A stretch of DNA of 64,000 bases from an uncultured Bifidobacteriaceae bacterium (GCA_964543955.1 CAZJBN010000001.1:56837-120836), one strand, 5' to 3'. Positions 7,311 through 17,739 are shown, counted from the stretch's first letter. Numbers and translations: made by a program. Notes: generated by a model from the sequence alone, not told the origin.

Positions 7311-9890
7311 CTACCGGGGCCGGAGCGGTCCCTGGCTGCCGAGCGCGGCCACATAGTCCTCGATTCGCGTGGCGTCCAGGGACGCCGCTCCGCGCACCAT
7401 GGCCGGCCAGTCGTCCGCGAATCGCGCTTCGACCTCGTGCCAGTAGTCCTGCGTGGCATAGAGCAGGGCGCCCGGGACCAGGGCGGCGGGGACGCGGAGC
7501 AGCGCCGTCACCTCCGCCAGGCGCAGCGTGAGGTCGGGAACCTGCGTGGCGAGCATGCCGGTATCCGGACGCCCCGCAAGCGCGTCCCACTGGACCGGCG
7601 CCTCGAATCGCGGGGCGAGTCGCCCACTCAGTGTGTCGGCCAGCACGCCCCACGGAGCGAGCGCATCGGCGTCGAGGTCCTCACGGCCGAGCCAGAGGAA
7701 ATCGCGCAACCCGAACAGGCCCGGCCCGACCTCGGGATAGCGGCTGAGCGTCCAGCGGAGCGTCTGTTGCTGCGGGAGGCTCATCGCGACCTCCTGCGCC
7801 AGACGGCCGATCGCCACCGGGTCGGCACCGGCGTCAGCCACGCGTTGCCTCCCGCGCGCGATCGCGGCCGCCATGCGATCGCGCACGTCGTCTGACAGCG
7901 CGGATGGCGTCATGGCCACCGCGGTTCTCGCCAGTGTGAGTTGATCGTTCAGATTGATGGTGGGAATGGCCGGCATGTCGTCGACCGAGAGGCGGCGCAG
8001 CGCAATGCGAGCGAGCGCGAGGTCGAGTCCGAGCAGGCTTCCTTCCACGTGCCATGGCGCGCCGGTGCCGGATCGCTCGAACGGCGGAGACCATGCGGCG
8101 TCCCGCCCGGCGCCCGCTGTCGTGTGGCCGAAGACGTGGCGCGAGACGACGTCCGGACTGAGCGTGACCGGCCCCTCCGGATCGCCGAGCGCCGGCGCAT
8201 AGGCGAGAGCCGTCAGCGCCGCAGCCAGCGGCCCTCGGCCGCTCGTCTCGAGCGCCGCATCGAGTCCGGGCGAAGGCAGGAGCCTGCGAATCTGCAGGAG
8301 CCGCTCGTGTTCCGCTGCCGCGACATCCACCGTGTACTCGAGTCCCTCCCACGAGACGCTCGTACCGGTCATGGCCGGGGGACCTCCGAGCGCCTGGAGG
8401 ATCCGTGACTCGTACGCCGTCTGGCCCGAGAAGCTGTCCGGGCGCAAGAGCGGCGGGAGTGCCGGCATGAACGTGTCGGTGATCCACGATCCGATCGCCC
8501 TGCGCAGGTCGCCCTGGTTGACCTCCTCCGCCAGCCGGCGCGCGAGCCGGTCCGCATCGTCGGCACTGAGGCTGCGCGTCAGGCGTGCGCGCTCGAGCAC
8601 CGCGAGCGCGCCCTGGAAGAGCGCGAGCCGCTCCCGGCGCTCCGTGTCGCCGCCCTGGTCCGCGCGGCGGGCGGCATCGACCAGTGCCGCCCAGGTGCCG
8701 GGCGAGAGGACGTCCATGCGATCGAGCGTCAGGAGCAGCGATCGGTATCGCGGGAACTGGGCGAGCGCGTACACCGCCTCGGCCTGCTCGGCGGGGTCGG
8801 CCCCCTCGCGCCAGACGCGGCGCGCCAGGGCGATCATCGTGAGCCGATCGCGACGCTCGCGCGTCGAGCCGTCGACGACCGTGCGAACCACGGCCGCAAA
8901 GGCCGGCGTGGCAGGGGCGCGCGCGAGAAGCGCCATCGCATCGCGCCGTGACCTCGGCCGGCTCTCGAGGAGGGCGGGCCACAACCCGGCGGTGGACGGG
9001 AGCGCGTCGGGATTGATCTCGGACAGCGCGTGCAGCACCGATTGCAGGTCGACGTGGCTCAACTGGTAAGGATGCACGTTGGGCGACCACACGGGTTCGG
9101 CGCGCCTGGCGACGCCGTAGAGGGTGGCGAGCGCGGTGGACGGGTCCTCGCGGCCGACCGGAGCGAGGACCGCGTCTCGCGCCCTCGCATCCAGCCGGTG
9201 GAGCGTGGTGAAGAACCGCGCCAGCCGTCCCTGGTCCCGATCGAGGAGGCGTCTGACGAACTCCGAGACCTCCGTGGGCGGCACCCCGACGAGGTCGGTC
9301 CAGGTGCGTGCCGTCCCGGCGCCGCCCGGCAGCCCCACACCGTCGGCGGTGACCGAGAGCCCGGGCGCTGCCACGGCAAACGCACCGGCCCACGACTTGA
9401 CAATCAGCGCCGCGAACGAGGGCTCGCGCTCCAGCCATTCCCGGGTCGCGTGGTCGGTATACATCGCGCCTGCGGCGAGGAGCAGCGCCCCGCGGTTCTT
9501 GACGATCGCGGCAAAGAGATCGGCACTCTCGTCGAGTGCGAGGACGCGCCGCCAGAACCGATCGGAGTACGGCGCCAGGATGACGGCCGGGTCGCCCGGG
9601 GGGACCGGGACCGAGGTGCCCGTCGTGACGGCGCCGAAGATTTCGGTGAACGTGACGGCGAGGCTGCCGCTGGTGTTGACGGCGGCGGCCCCGTGGAGCG
9701 CGCGTGCCATGAGCGGCAGCGCCACCGCGCGGTCCTCGGGCCTGATCCCCAGCCGTGCCAGCGTGGCCGCTCCACCGGTCACGGGCAGATCGAACGTGGC
9801 GGGGACGAGCGGCGGCTGGGCCGCCACTGGCGGCGGGAGGAGCGTCCATGCCCCAATCACCAGCAGCGCGACCGTCGTGATTCCCCGCAC
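7311..9890 (-). CDS. exported hypothetical protein, 859 aa, no recognisable domain
   Basis: Signal peptide MRGITTVALLVIGAWTLLPPPVAAQ. Composition is Ala/Leu/Arg-rich and looks helical. Coding-like frame throughout. Ends 26 nt before the VWA gene start. Confidence 0.7.
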   Translation of the reverse strand: MRGITTVALLVIGAWTLLPPPVAAQPPLVPATFDLPVTGGAATLARLGIRPEDRAVALPLMARALHGAAAVNTSGSLAVTFTEIFGAVTTGTSVPVPPGDPAVILAPYSDRFWRRVLALDESADLFAAIVKNRGALLLAAGAMYTDHATREWLEREPSFAALIVKSWAGAFAVAAPGLSVTADGVGLPGGAGTARTWTDLVGVPPTEVSEFVRRLLDRDQGRLARFFTTLHRLDARARDAVLAPVGREDPSTALATLYGVARRAEPVWSPNVHPYQLSHVDLQSVLHALSEINPDALPSTAGLWPALLESRPRSRRDAMALLARAPATPAFAAVVRTVVDGSTRERRDRLTMIALARRVWREGADPAEQAEAVYALAQFPRYRSLLLTLDRMDVLSPGTWAALVDAARRADQGGDTERRERLALFQGALAVLERARLTRSLSADDADRLARRLAEEVNQGDLRRAIGSWITDTFMPALPPLLRPDSFSGQTAYESRILQALGGPPAMTGTSVSWEGLEYTVDVAAAEHERLLQIRRLLPSPGLDAALETSGRGPLAAALTALAYAPALGDPEGPVTLSPDVVSRHVFGHTTAGAGRDAAWSPPFERSGTGAPWHVEGSLLGLDLALARIALRRLSVDDMPAIPTINLNDQLTLARTAVAMTPSALSDDVRDRMAAAIARGRQRVADAGADPVAIGRLAQEVAMSLPQQQTLRWTLSRYPEVGPGLFGLRDFLWLGREDLDADALAPWGVLADTLSGRLAPRFEAPVQWDALAGRPDTGMLATQVPDLTLRLAEVTALLRVPAALVPGALLYATQDYWHEVEARFADDWPAMVRGAASLDATRIEDYVAALGSQGPLRPR

Positions 9891-9944
9891 GCTCCGTAGC
9901 TTATCGCGAAGGCTCGTCCACCCGGTCCTGCCGAGGGTGGCGTC

Positions 9945-11420
9945 TCAGGGCGTGGCCGCTGCCGTGAGGTCCCGGCTGTCAGCCGCCGACACCCGGCGGC
10001 CCGGCATCCTGATCTCGATCGTCGTGCCTGCTGCCGACGCGTCGGCAACCCGGATGGTCCCGCCGTGCATCGTCAGCACTTCCCGGCAGATGGCGAGGCC
10101 GAGCCCGCTGCCCCCGGTGTGCCGCGCCCGCGACTGATCGACGCGGAAGAAGCGCTCGAACACGCGCTCCTGCAGTTCGGTCGGGATGCCTGGCCCGGTG
10201 TCGCGCACGCACAGCTCGATCATCGGCGCCTCCCAGGCTTCCGCTTCCGGTTCCTGGACACGGGCGGCCACCTCCACGGTGCCGTTCTCGCGGTTGTACA
10301 GCACCGCGTTCGCGATGACGTTGTCCACGACGCGCGCGATGAGCGCGGGGTCCGCGTAGACCTGCAAGTCGTGCAGGCCGTGGCGGGAGAGCGTCACCCT
10401 GCGCGCGGAGGCGACGGCGTCGAGGCGCGCGAAGGCCTCGGTGACCAGCGGCTCCAGGGCGGCCTCGCGCAGGACCAGCTCGCGCGTGCCCTCCTGCGTC
10501 CGGACCAGGACGATCAGGTCCTCGGCGAGCCGTGTCAGATCGTCGAGCCGCCTGCGCACGAGCTGCAGCGTGTCGCGATAGTCGTCGGCGGAGCGCGGAT
10601 GCCGCAGCGTGACGTCGACCTCACCGGCCATCGCGGTCAGCGGCCCGCGCAGCTCGTGCGACGCATCCGACGCGAATCGGCGGTTGGCCTCGATCGCGCC
10701 CTGCAGCCGATCCAGCATCGAGTTGAGCAGACGGGTCATCCGGCCAATCTCGTCCTCGGTCGCCGGCGGGTCGAGGCGCGTCGAGAAGTGGCCCTGGGCA
10801 ATCCAGTTCGCGCGCTCCGTAATGGCGGCGACCGGCGCGAGTGCGCGCGACGCGAGCACATAGCCGACGCCGGCAGTCGCCGCCAGGCCGACCGCCCAGA
10901 CAATGGCGAGCAGCCACGCCAGGTAGCCCAGGCCCTCCTCCACGTTGTCGGCGAAGAGTCCAACGGCAACGGCGAACGGCCGGCCATCGCGGGTCGCCCG
11001 CAGCACGGCCGCCCGGCCGCGCCGGCCCTGGACCTCGAGGGTGACGAGCGGTGCATTGCCCATGAGCGCTTCGTTCAGCACGTCCGCCGGGATGACCGGA
11101 GGATGATCGGCGAGCTTCGTCGACTGCAGGACCATGCGGCCCTCGCCGTCGAAGATCTGCACGAACTTCTCCGTGAACTCGCCGCCCGCCAGCTGATCGC
11201 GTGACCACTCGTGGAGGTGCACGTCCACCAGGCCATCGGTCGACGACGCCGCCTCGGTTGCGGCGACCGTCCGCACGTTTCGGTCGAGCCAACGATAGGC
11301 ATAGCCGCGTGCGCCGGTGTAGATGGCGAGGTTGGCCAACCCGAGGAGGATGCCCAGGGCGAGCGTCCACCGCAGGGTCAGCCGCGCGCGGAACGAGCGA
11401 ATCGCCGGCCGTCCCGTCAA
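9945..11420 (-). CDS. two-component sensor histidine kinase (CusS/CzcS-like)
   Basis: Two TM helices flank a periplasmic segment, followed by HAMP, an H-box (SHELRGPLTAM) and an HATPase domain (GSGLGLAICREV). Start placed at TTG 11420, which overlaps the regulator stop as TTGA. The track start at 11600 would overlap the regulator gene by 180 nt. Confidence 0.85.
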   Translation of the reverse strand: MTGRPAIRSFRARLTLRWTLALGILLGLANLAIYTGARGYAYRWLDRNVRTVAATEAASSTDGLVDVHLHEWSRDQLAGGEFTEKFVQIFDGEGRMVLQSTKLADHPPVIPADVLNEALMGNAPLVTLEVQGRRGRAAVLRATRDGRPFAVAVGLFADNVEEGLGYLAWLLAIVWAVGLAATAGVGYVLASRALAPVAAITERANWIAQGHFSTRLDPPATEDEIGRMTRLLNSMLDRLQGAIEANRRFASDASHELRGPLTAMAGEVDVTLRHPRSADDYRDTLQLVRRRLDDLTRLAEDLIVLVRTQEGTRELVLREAALEPLVTEAFARLDAVASARRVTLSRHGLHDLQVYADPALIARVVDNVIANAVLYNRENGTVEVAARVQEPEAEAWEAPMIELCVRDTGPGIPTELQERVFERFFRVDQSRARHTGGSGLGLAICREVLTMHGGTIRVADASAAGTTIEIRMPGRRVSAADSRDLTAAATP

Positions 11421-12100
11421 GGCATCCCGCCTTGCCTGAGGATGTACCCGAGGCCGCGGACGGTGTGAATCAGGGGATCCGGCGCGGCTGCCAGCAGCTT
11501 GCGGCGAACGTACCCGACATACACGTCGGCGTTGTTCGAGGACGGATCGTAGTCGCCGCCCCACACGTGCTGCGCGAGCTGATCCCGCGTCACGATGCAC
11601 TCGTACCGGCGGACCAGGAACTCGAGAAGCCGGTACTCGGTGGCAGTCAGGGTGAGGACGTCGCCGTTGACGGTGACCCGATGATCGACCGGATCGATGG
11701 CGATCGACCCGTAGGTGAGGAGGCGGGAGAGGTGCCGGGAGCGCCCCCGCCGGGCCACGGCTCGAAGACGCGCGAGGAGCTCGTCGAACGCGAACGGCTT
11801 GACCAGGTAGTCGTCCGCTCCGCCGTCGAGGCCCTCCACGCGGTCGCCAACGCCGTCCCTGGCCGTCACCACGATGATGGGCGTATCGACACCGCGCGCC
11901 CTCAGACGCCGGCAGACCTCGAAGCCGTCGAGCGAGGGCAGCATCAGGTCCAGCAGGATGGCGTCGTACTCCTCGGCCGCGCCCTGCTCGACGGCAGCGC
12001 TGCCATCCTCGACGAGGTCCACGAAGTGGTGGTCCTCCTCCAGGCCTCGCCGGATGAACCGGCTGATCTGCGGGTCGTCCTCGACCACGAGCACGCGCAT
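11417..12100 (-). CDS. OmpR/PhoB family response regulator (heavy-metal type)
   Basis: 227 aa. REC domain (MRVLVVEDD...LLDLMLP...KPF) plus a winged-helix trans_reg_C domain (LTATEYRLLEFL...VRGLGY). Confidence 0.93.
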   Translation of the reverse strand: MRVLVVEDDPQISRFIRRGLEEDHHFVDLVEDGSAAVEQGAAEEYDAILLDLMLPSLDGFEVCRRLRARGVDTPIIVVTARDGVGDRVEGLDGGADDYLVKPFAFDELLARLRAVARRGRSRHLSRLLTYGSIAIDPVDHRVTVNGDVLTLTATEYRLLEFLVRRYECIVTRDQLAQHVWGGDYDPSSNNADVYVGYVRRKLLAAAPDPLIHTVRGLGYILRQGGMP

Positions 12101-12101
12101 G

Positions 12102-15100
12102 TCACGCCCCGGGGCGGCGCTCCGCCTGCGTCGCCACCCAGGATTCCATCATCTCGTACAACGTGGGCAGCACGATCAACGTCAGGAGCGTCGACGTGAC
12201 GATCCCGCCGATCACGACCGTGGCGAGCGGCCGCTGCACTTCCGAACCCGCGGTCTGTGACAGGGCCATCGGTACGAAACCGATGGCCGCCACCGTGGCC
12301 GTCATCAGCACCGGCTTGAGACGCGTACCGGCGCCGGTCATGATCGCGTCCCGAAGACCGAGGCCCTCGTCCTCGCGCAGCGCGCGGATGGCGGCGATCA
12401 TGACGACGCCGTTCAGGACGGCAATGCCGAAGAGCGCGATGAAGCCCACGGATGCCGAGAGGTTGAGCGGGATGTCGCGAAGCCAGAGCGCTGCGATACC
12501 GCCCACGGCGGCAAAGGGCACGTTCATGAGGATGAGCAGCGCCCAGCGCGCCCGGCCGAACGTCGTGTACAACAGCACGAAGATGATGGCCAGCGAGAGC
12601 GGGACGACGATCATGAGCCGCGACATGGCGCGCTGCTGGTTCTCGAACTGCCCGCCCCACGTGAGGTAGTAGCCGGCCGGAAGCATGACCCGGGACTCGA
12701 TGCGCTGCCGGGCGTCGGCGACGAAGCTTCCGACGTCGCGGCCGCGGACGTTGTTCTGGACGACGAGCCGGCGTTCGCCGTTCTCGTGGGTGATCGCTTC
12801 GGGTGTCGATGCCGCTCGAATCGCGGCGAGACGGCCGAGGGGCACGCGCTCGCCTCCCGGTGCCGCGACGGTAATCGCGGCCAGGGACGTCATGTCGGTC
12901 CTCGCCGATGGGGGGTAGCGGACCACCACCGGGAATCGCCGCGCGCCGTCGAGCAACTCGGTCACCTCGCGGCCGCCGACGGCCGTCTCGACGACTTCCT
13001 GCACGTCGGCGACATGCAGCCCGTAGCGCGCGATGGCGTCGCGATCCAGCCGGACCTCGATCTGCGCGGCGCCAGACAGGATCTCGACCTGCACGTCTGC
13101 CGCCCCCCGGATGTCTTCCAGCACCCCCCGTACCTGCTCGCCGATCCGTTCGAGCACCGAAGCGTCCGGACCGAACACCTTGACGGCCACGTCCGCCTTG
13201 ATGCCCGACACCACCTCGTCGAGCCGCATCGCCATGGGCTGCGTGAAGTTGACGGTCAGCCCCGGGAACTCGGTCAGCGATGCCGCCATCGCATCGATCA
13301 GCTCCGCCTTGGTCCGGCCGCTCTCCCACCCGTCCTCGGGGTGAAGGCGCACGTAGACGTCCCCCTGGTAGATGCCCATGGCTTCGGTGGCCAGGTCGGG
13401 CCGCCCCAGCTTGGTCACGATCTCGGAGATCTCGTCGAACTCCGACAACAGCTTCTGCTCCACGCGGCCGGAAATCTCCACCGAGGTCTCGAGCGACACG
13501 GACGGCAGCCTTCGCGTCTCGATGAGGATCGAGCCCTCCTCGAGCTTCGGCATGAACTCGGTCCCGATGAACAGGAGCGACCCGAGGGCCGCGGCGACGA
13601 CGGCGGCGGCGATGGCGATCGTGCTCGCCTTGTGTGTCATGCGAGCCGCGAGGTGACGCAGGTACCGCTCGCGCAGGCGGATGAACCACCGCTCCTCTCG
13701 ATGCACTCCGCCGAGTGTGAGCAGGTAGGAGGACACGACAGGAACGGCGGTCAGCGACAGGACGAGCGAGCCGAAGAGCGCGGAGCAGACCGTGATGGCC
13801 ATCGGGCGGAACATCTTCCCCTCCAGGCCCTCCAGCGTGAAGATCGGCAGGTAGACCGCGATGATGATGAGCACGCCGAAGAGCACCGGGCGCGCGACTT
13901 CCACGGCCGCGCTCCGGAAGAAGCCGAGACGCGCCTCCGCTGCATGCATCCCGGTGGCCTGCGCCAGCCGGTCACCGAGGTCGGTCCTCCGGCGCACGAA
14001 GTTCTCCATCATCACGACGGCGCCATCCACGATCAGGCCGAAGTCGATGGCGCCGAGCGACATGAGGTTGGCCGAGACGCCGAAGGTCCGCATGCCGATG
14101 AAGGCCACCAGCATGGAGAGCGGGATGACGGCCGCCACGATGAGCGCCGCCCGAACGTCCCGGAGGAACACGAACAGCACGACGATGACGAGCACGCAGC
14201 CCTCGAGCAGGTTGCGCGTCACGGTGGCGGACGTGCGGTCGATGACCTCGCTCTGGTCGTAGAAGGGCTCGATCCGCATCCCCGGAGGGAGCGTCGGCAC
14301 GATCTCGGCCATGCGCGACTTGACGCGTGCCGACAGGTCCATCGCGTTCTCGCCCTTCAGCATGATCACCATGCCGCTGACCACTTCGCCCCGGCCGTTG
14401 CGGGTCACGGCGCCATTGCGCTGCATCGGCGCGACGGAGACCGTCGCCACGTCGCGCAACAGGATCGGCGTGCCACCCTCCGAGCGCAGGACCACTCGCC
14501 CCAGGTCGTCCATGCCGCCCAGGAGCCCGATACCGCGAACCGTGTACCGCTCGTCGCGGTGCTCGATGAATCCGCCGCTGAACGATTCGTTGTTGTCCGC
14601 GACGGCCTGGAAGACGTCTCTCAGCTCCAGGCCGTACTTCTCGAGCCCCAACGGGTTCACCACCACCTGGAACTGCTTGGTCAGCCCGCCCCATGAGTTG
14701 ACCTCGCTGACGCCTGGAATGGACCGCAGGCGGTTGCGGATCTCCCAGTCGTGCGTGGTCTTGGTGGCCATCGCGTCCCCTTCGCCCACCACGACGTACT
14801 GGTAGATCTCGCCAAAGGCCGTCGCGACGGGGCCGAGCACGGGATCGAGTCCCGCCGGCAGACGCCCCCGCACGTCGGTCAGCCGTTCGCTCACGAGCTG
14901 CCGCGCAAAGTAGGTGGCCACCGCGTCGTCGAAGACGACCGTGACGATCGAGAGCCCGAACTTCGAGATCGATCGCACTTCCTCGGCGCCGGGCACGCCC
15001 ATGAGCGCCGTCTCGATCGGGTACGACACGCGCTGCTCGACTTCGGGCGCCGCGAGGTTCGGCGCCTCGGTGATCACGACGACCTGGTTGTTCGTGAGAT

Positions 15101-15227
15101 CGGGGAAGGCCTCCACCGGCAGCTCACGCACCACGAAGACGCCCGTCACGATCAGCGCCGTCAGACACAGCAGGACGAAGAGCCTCTGGCCGAGCGTGGC
15201 GTGAACGAAGCGTTCGACAAGACCCAC
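12102..15227 (-). CDS. czcA: CusA/CzcA family heavy-metal efflux RND transporter
   Basis: 1041 aa. The N-terminus (VERFVHATLGQRLFVLLCLTALIVTG...AFPDLTNNQVVVITEAP) and the 12-TM architecture are typical of HME-RND pumps. Confidence 0.95.
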   Translation of the reverse strand: MGLVERFVHATLGQRLFVLLCLTALIVTGVFVVRELPVEAFPDLTNNQVVVITEAPNLAAPEVEQRVSYPIETALMGVPGAEEVRSISKFGLSIVTVVFDDAVATYFARQLVSERLTDVRGRLPAGLDPVLGPVATAFGEIYQYVVVGEGDAMATKTTHDWEIRNRLRSIPGVSEVNSWGGLTKQFQVVVNPLGLEKYGLELRDVFQAVADNNESFSGGFIEHRDERYTVRGIGLLGGMDDLGRVVLRSEGGTPILLRDVATVSVAPMQRNGAVTRNGRGEVVSGMVIMLKGENAMDLSARVKSRMAEIVPTLPPGMRIEPFYDQSEVIDRTSATVTRNLLEGCVLVIVVLFVFLRDVRAALIVAAVIPLSMLVAFIGMRTFGVSANLMSLGAIDFGLIVDGAVVMMENFVRRRTDLGDRLAQATGMHAAEARLGFFRSAAVEVARPVLFGVLIIIAVYLPIFTLEGLEGKMFRPMAITVCSALFGSLVLSLTAVPVVSSYLLTLGGVHREERWFIRLRERYLRHLAARMTHKASTIAIAAAVVAAALGSLLFIGTEFMPKLEEGSILIETRRLPSVSLETSVEISGRVEQKLLSEFDEISEIVTKLGRPDLATEAMGIYQGDVYVRLHPEDGWESGRTKAELIDAMAASLTEFPGLTVNFTQPMAMRLDEVVSGIKADVAVKVFGPDASVLERIGEQVRGVLEDIRGAADVQVEILSGAAQIEVRLDRDAIARYGLHVADVQEVVETAVGGREVTELLDGARRFPVVVRYPPSARTDMTSLAAITVAAPGGERVPLGRLAAIRAASTPEAITHENGERRLVVQNNVRGRDVGSFVADARQRIESRVMLPAGYYLTWGGQFENQQRAMSRLMIVVPLSLAIIFVLLYTTFGRARWALLILMNVPFAAVGGIAALWLRDIPLNLSASVGFIALFGIAVLNGVVMIAAIRALREDEGLGLRDAIMTGAGTRLKPVLMTATVAAIGFVPMALSQTAGSEVQRPLATVVIGGIVTSTLLTLIVLPTLYEMMESWVATQAERRPGA

Positions 15228-15229
15228 GG

Positions 15230-16414
15230 CTAGGGCTCCTCGGACGCCGGCGCGAGCACCTCGGACTTGAGCAGGAAGGCGCCGGCGGTGGCGACCGTCT
15301 CGCCCTCGTCCAGCCCACGCAGGATCTCGATCGTGCCGTCCACTTCCGGGCCCGTGACAACGGCCCGCCGGATGAACTGGCCCTGCGTGTCGCGCACGAA
15401 GACGATCGTCTCACCCTCGATGGCCTGCACGGCGCGCGCCGGCACGACGACCGTCTGGCGAGGCGCGGCCGCGCCGACCGCGACCGTGGCGAACATCTGC
15501 GGCTTGAGGCGGCGGCCGCTGTTGTCCACTTCCGCGCGAATCGCGACGCGCCGCGTCGACGAGTTGACGACATCGCCGATGAACGTGAGCGTGCCCTGGA
15601 AGGCCGTCTCCGGATACGCGGCCACATACACGTCCACCGGGCCGCCGACCGCGACGCGGCCGAGCATGGACTCGTCGATCTCCGCGATGACCCACACGCG
15701 TGCCAGATCCGAGACGACCGCAACCGGCGCTCCCGGCGTGACGACCGACCCTGCCGACACCGCCCGCTCGATGACGATGCCTGCGATGGGCGTGCGCACC
15801 GGGACCTCGTCGTTCTCGTGCGGGTCCGAACCCGGCGCGGGCGTGAGGCCGTAGTGCTCGAGCTCCTGCTCGGCGCGGATCACCTCGGCTCGAGCGGCGG
15901 CCTCGGCGTGGGTTGCGGCCGTCAGATCCGCACGCGCGCGCTCGAGCTCCTGCGGCGAGAGCGCCCGGTCCTCCACGAGCCTGATGGCCCGCGACTCCGC
16001 CGTGCGCGCGTACGCCAGCTCCGCCGCGGCCCGCTCTCGGGAGGCCAGGGCGGTGAAGTACGCCGCCCAGGCGTCGTGGACGACATGGCTGTGCAATCGG
16101 GCCACGACGGCGCCGGCGCGTACCGAATCGCCGGGCTGCACGTCGACCTTGGAGACGATGCCGTCGACCAGTGAACCAAGGCGGGCCGTGCGCCGTTCGT
16201 CGAACGCGACCACACCCGCGGTCCACAGCCGATCGATTCGATTCACCGCGCGCGCGATCTCGGTCTCGATGCCAGCCGTCCTGGCGGCCTCGCCGCTGAG
16301 GGCAATGGTATCGGGCGGCGTGGGTGAAGCAGCTGGTGCCTCGGATGGTGGCGGTGATCCGCAGGCTGCCGCAAGGGCGGCCGTCAACACGACGAGGTGA
16401 ACAGGACAAGTCAT
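15230..16414 (-). CDS. czcB: efflux RND periplasmic adaptor subunit
   Basis: 394 aa. Lipoprotein-like signal (LTAALAAAC) with coiled-coil hairpin and barrel segments. The gap to czcA is 2 nt. Confidence 0.9.
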   Translation of the reverse strand: MTCPVHLVVLTAALAAACGSPPPSEAPAASPTPPDTIALSGEAARTAGIETEIARAVNRIDRLWTAGVVAFDERRTARLGSLVDGIVSKVDVQPGDSVRAGAVVARLHSHVVHDAWAAYFTALASRERAAAELAYARTAESRAIRLVEDRALSPQELERARADLTAATHAEAAARAEVIRAEQELEHYGLTPAPGSDPHENDEVPVRTPIAGIVIERAVSAGSVVTPGAPVAVVSDLARVWVIAEIDESMLGRVAVGGPVDVYVAAYPETAFQGTLTFIGDVVNSSTRRVAIRAEVDNSGRRLKPQMFATVAVGAAAPRQTVVVPARAVQAIEGETIVFVRDTQGQFIRRAVVTGPEVDGTIEILRGLDEGETVATAGAFLLKSEVLAPASEEP

Positions 16415-17679
16415 GGCAGGAGCGAGTCTCCGAGGGCAAGGCGCGCCTCGATGGCGGCCGCGATGGCATCGATCTCGAGGTCGTTGGCAGAGAGCAGGGC
16501 GTCGACGTGCGCGCGCTCCGCGTCGACCAGCCTGAGCAGGTCGAATGCGCCTTGTTCGAAGGCGGAGCGGGCGGCTGCGCGAGCGAGCTGTGCGGGAGCG
16601 ACCAGGCGTGCTCGGAGGTCGATGACCTCGGCCTGAAGGGCGCGCGCCGTCTCGAGAGCCGCGGCGGCCTCAGCCGCGGCGAGGCGCGTCACCTGGTCGA
16701 GCTCGAGCTCCATGGCCCGCACCTGTCCGCGAGCGACAGCCGCGTTGGCGCGGTTCCGTTCGAACAGCGGAATCGGGATGGCGACAGCCAGTACGCCGGT
16801 GTTGATGTCGGTGGTCCGCTTGAGCCCGCCGTTCACGGAGAGATCCGGGACCCCGCGCGATTCCTCGTATCGAAGCGACTGGCGTGCGGCCTCGACACGG
16901 GCTCGCGCGCTCACGACATCGGGACGCCGCGACGAAGCCGCGGAGGCCAGATCGGAGATCGAACCCTCGGGTACGGGCACGATGGTGGGACGGACAAGGG
17001 CCTCGGGCCTGGCGACGCCGTCAATCAGGAACATCGAAAGCGGTGCTGTGGCACGGACGGCAGCCAGACGCGCGCGGAGAAGCTCCGCCGAGAGCCGCGT
17101 CTGCTCGGTTGTCACCCGCGCCAGCTCGGACTCGGGCGCCAGGCCTTCGTCGACGCGCCGGCGCAGGACCCGCACGATCTCGGTGAGTGCGTCGTGCTGA
17201 TCGGCCAATGCCCCTGCCCGATCCCTCAGACGAACAGCGTCGAGAAACCGCAGGGCCGCCTCGCGCTGCACGCCGGCGGCTGTCGAGCCAATCGCCGCGG
17301 AGGTGCCCAACCGCGTGGCTTCTGCCAGTCCCCGGCGGGCCCCACGCTTGTCGCCGAGTTCGATGGTCTGGGTGACCGTCACAAAGGTATCGAGGGGCAG
17401 GCCCCCCGCCACGCCCGACGCCCAGTTCTCTGATCGGAATTCGATGTCCGGGTTGGGCCAGCGTCCCGCTTCGTCCAGGGCCAGACCGGCCGCTTCGTCT
17501 CGCGCTTCGGCGGCCGCCACGAGTGGGGAGAGCGCGCGCGCGGCATCGACGACGTCGCGAAGGGAGACGGCGGTTTCACGGACGGGTGTCGATTGGGCCC
17601 ACGCGACCGGCGCCCATCCCGCCGCGAGCGCCGTCCACACCAGGAGTGTTCGCACGTCCCGGTTGTACCAAGCCGGCAT
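16411..17679 (-). CDS. czcC: TolC-family outer membrane efflux protein
   Basis: Start placed at ATG 17679 (MPAWYNRDVRTLLVWTALAAGWAPVAWAQ signal peptide). Two-repeat OEP architecture. Overlaps czcB as ATGA. The longer track start at 17772 would overlap the divergent permease gene. Confidence 0.85.
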   Translation of the reverse strand: MPAWYNRDVRTLLVWTALAAGWAPVAWAQSTPVRETAVSLRDVVDAARALSPLVAAAEARDEAAGLALDEAGRWPNPDIEFRSENWASGVAGGLPLDTFVTVTQTIELGDKRGARRGLAEATRLGTSAAIGSTAAGVQREAALRFLDAVRLRDRAGALADQHDALTEIVRVLRRRVDEGLAPESELARVTTEQTRLSAELLRARLAAVRATAPLSMFLIDGVARPEALVRPTIVPVPEGSISDLASAASSRRPDVVSARARVEAARQSLRYEESRGVPDLSVNGGLKRTTDINTGVLAVAIPIPLFERNRANAAVARGQVRAMELELDQVTRLAAAEAAAALETARALQAEVIDLRARLVAPAQLARAAARSAFEQGAFDLLRLVDAERAHVDALLSANDLEIDAIAAAIEARLALGDSLLP

Positions 17680-17739
17680 GAGACGGTGATGAGAGCCCCT
17701 TGAACTCTTTGGCCTCCCGCGCCGTCCAACCCCACAGCC

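Noticed and set aside
12786-14696. 636-aa ORF on the + strand, plus several 200-600-aa ORFs overlapping czcA/czcB
   Set aside because: They are antisense or out of frame to the HME-RND genes, show no recognisable motifs, and are GC-driven.
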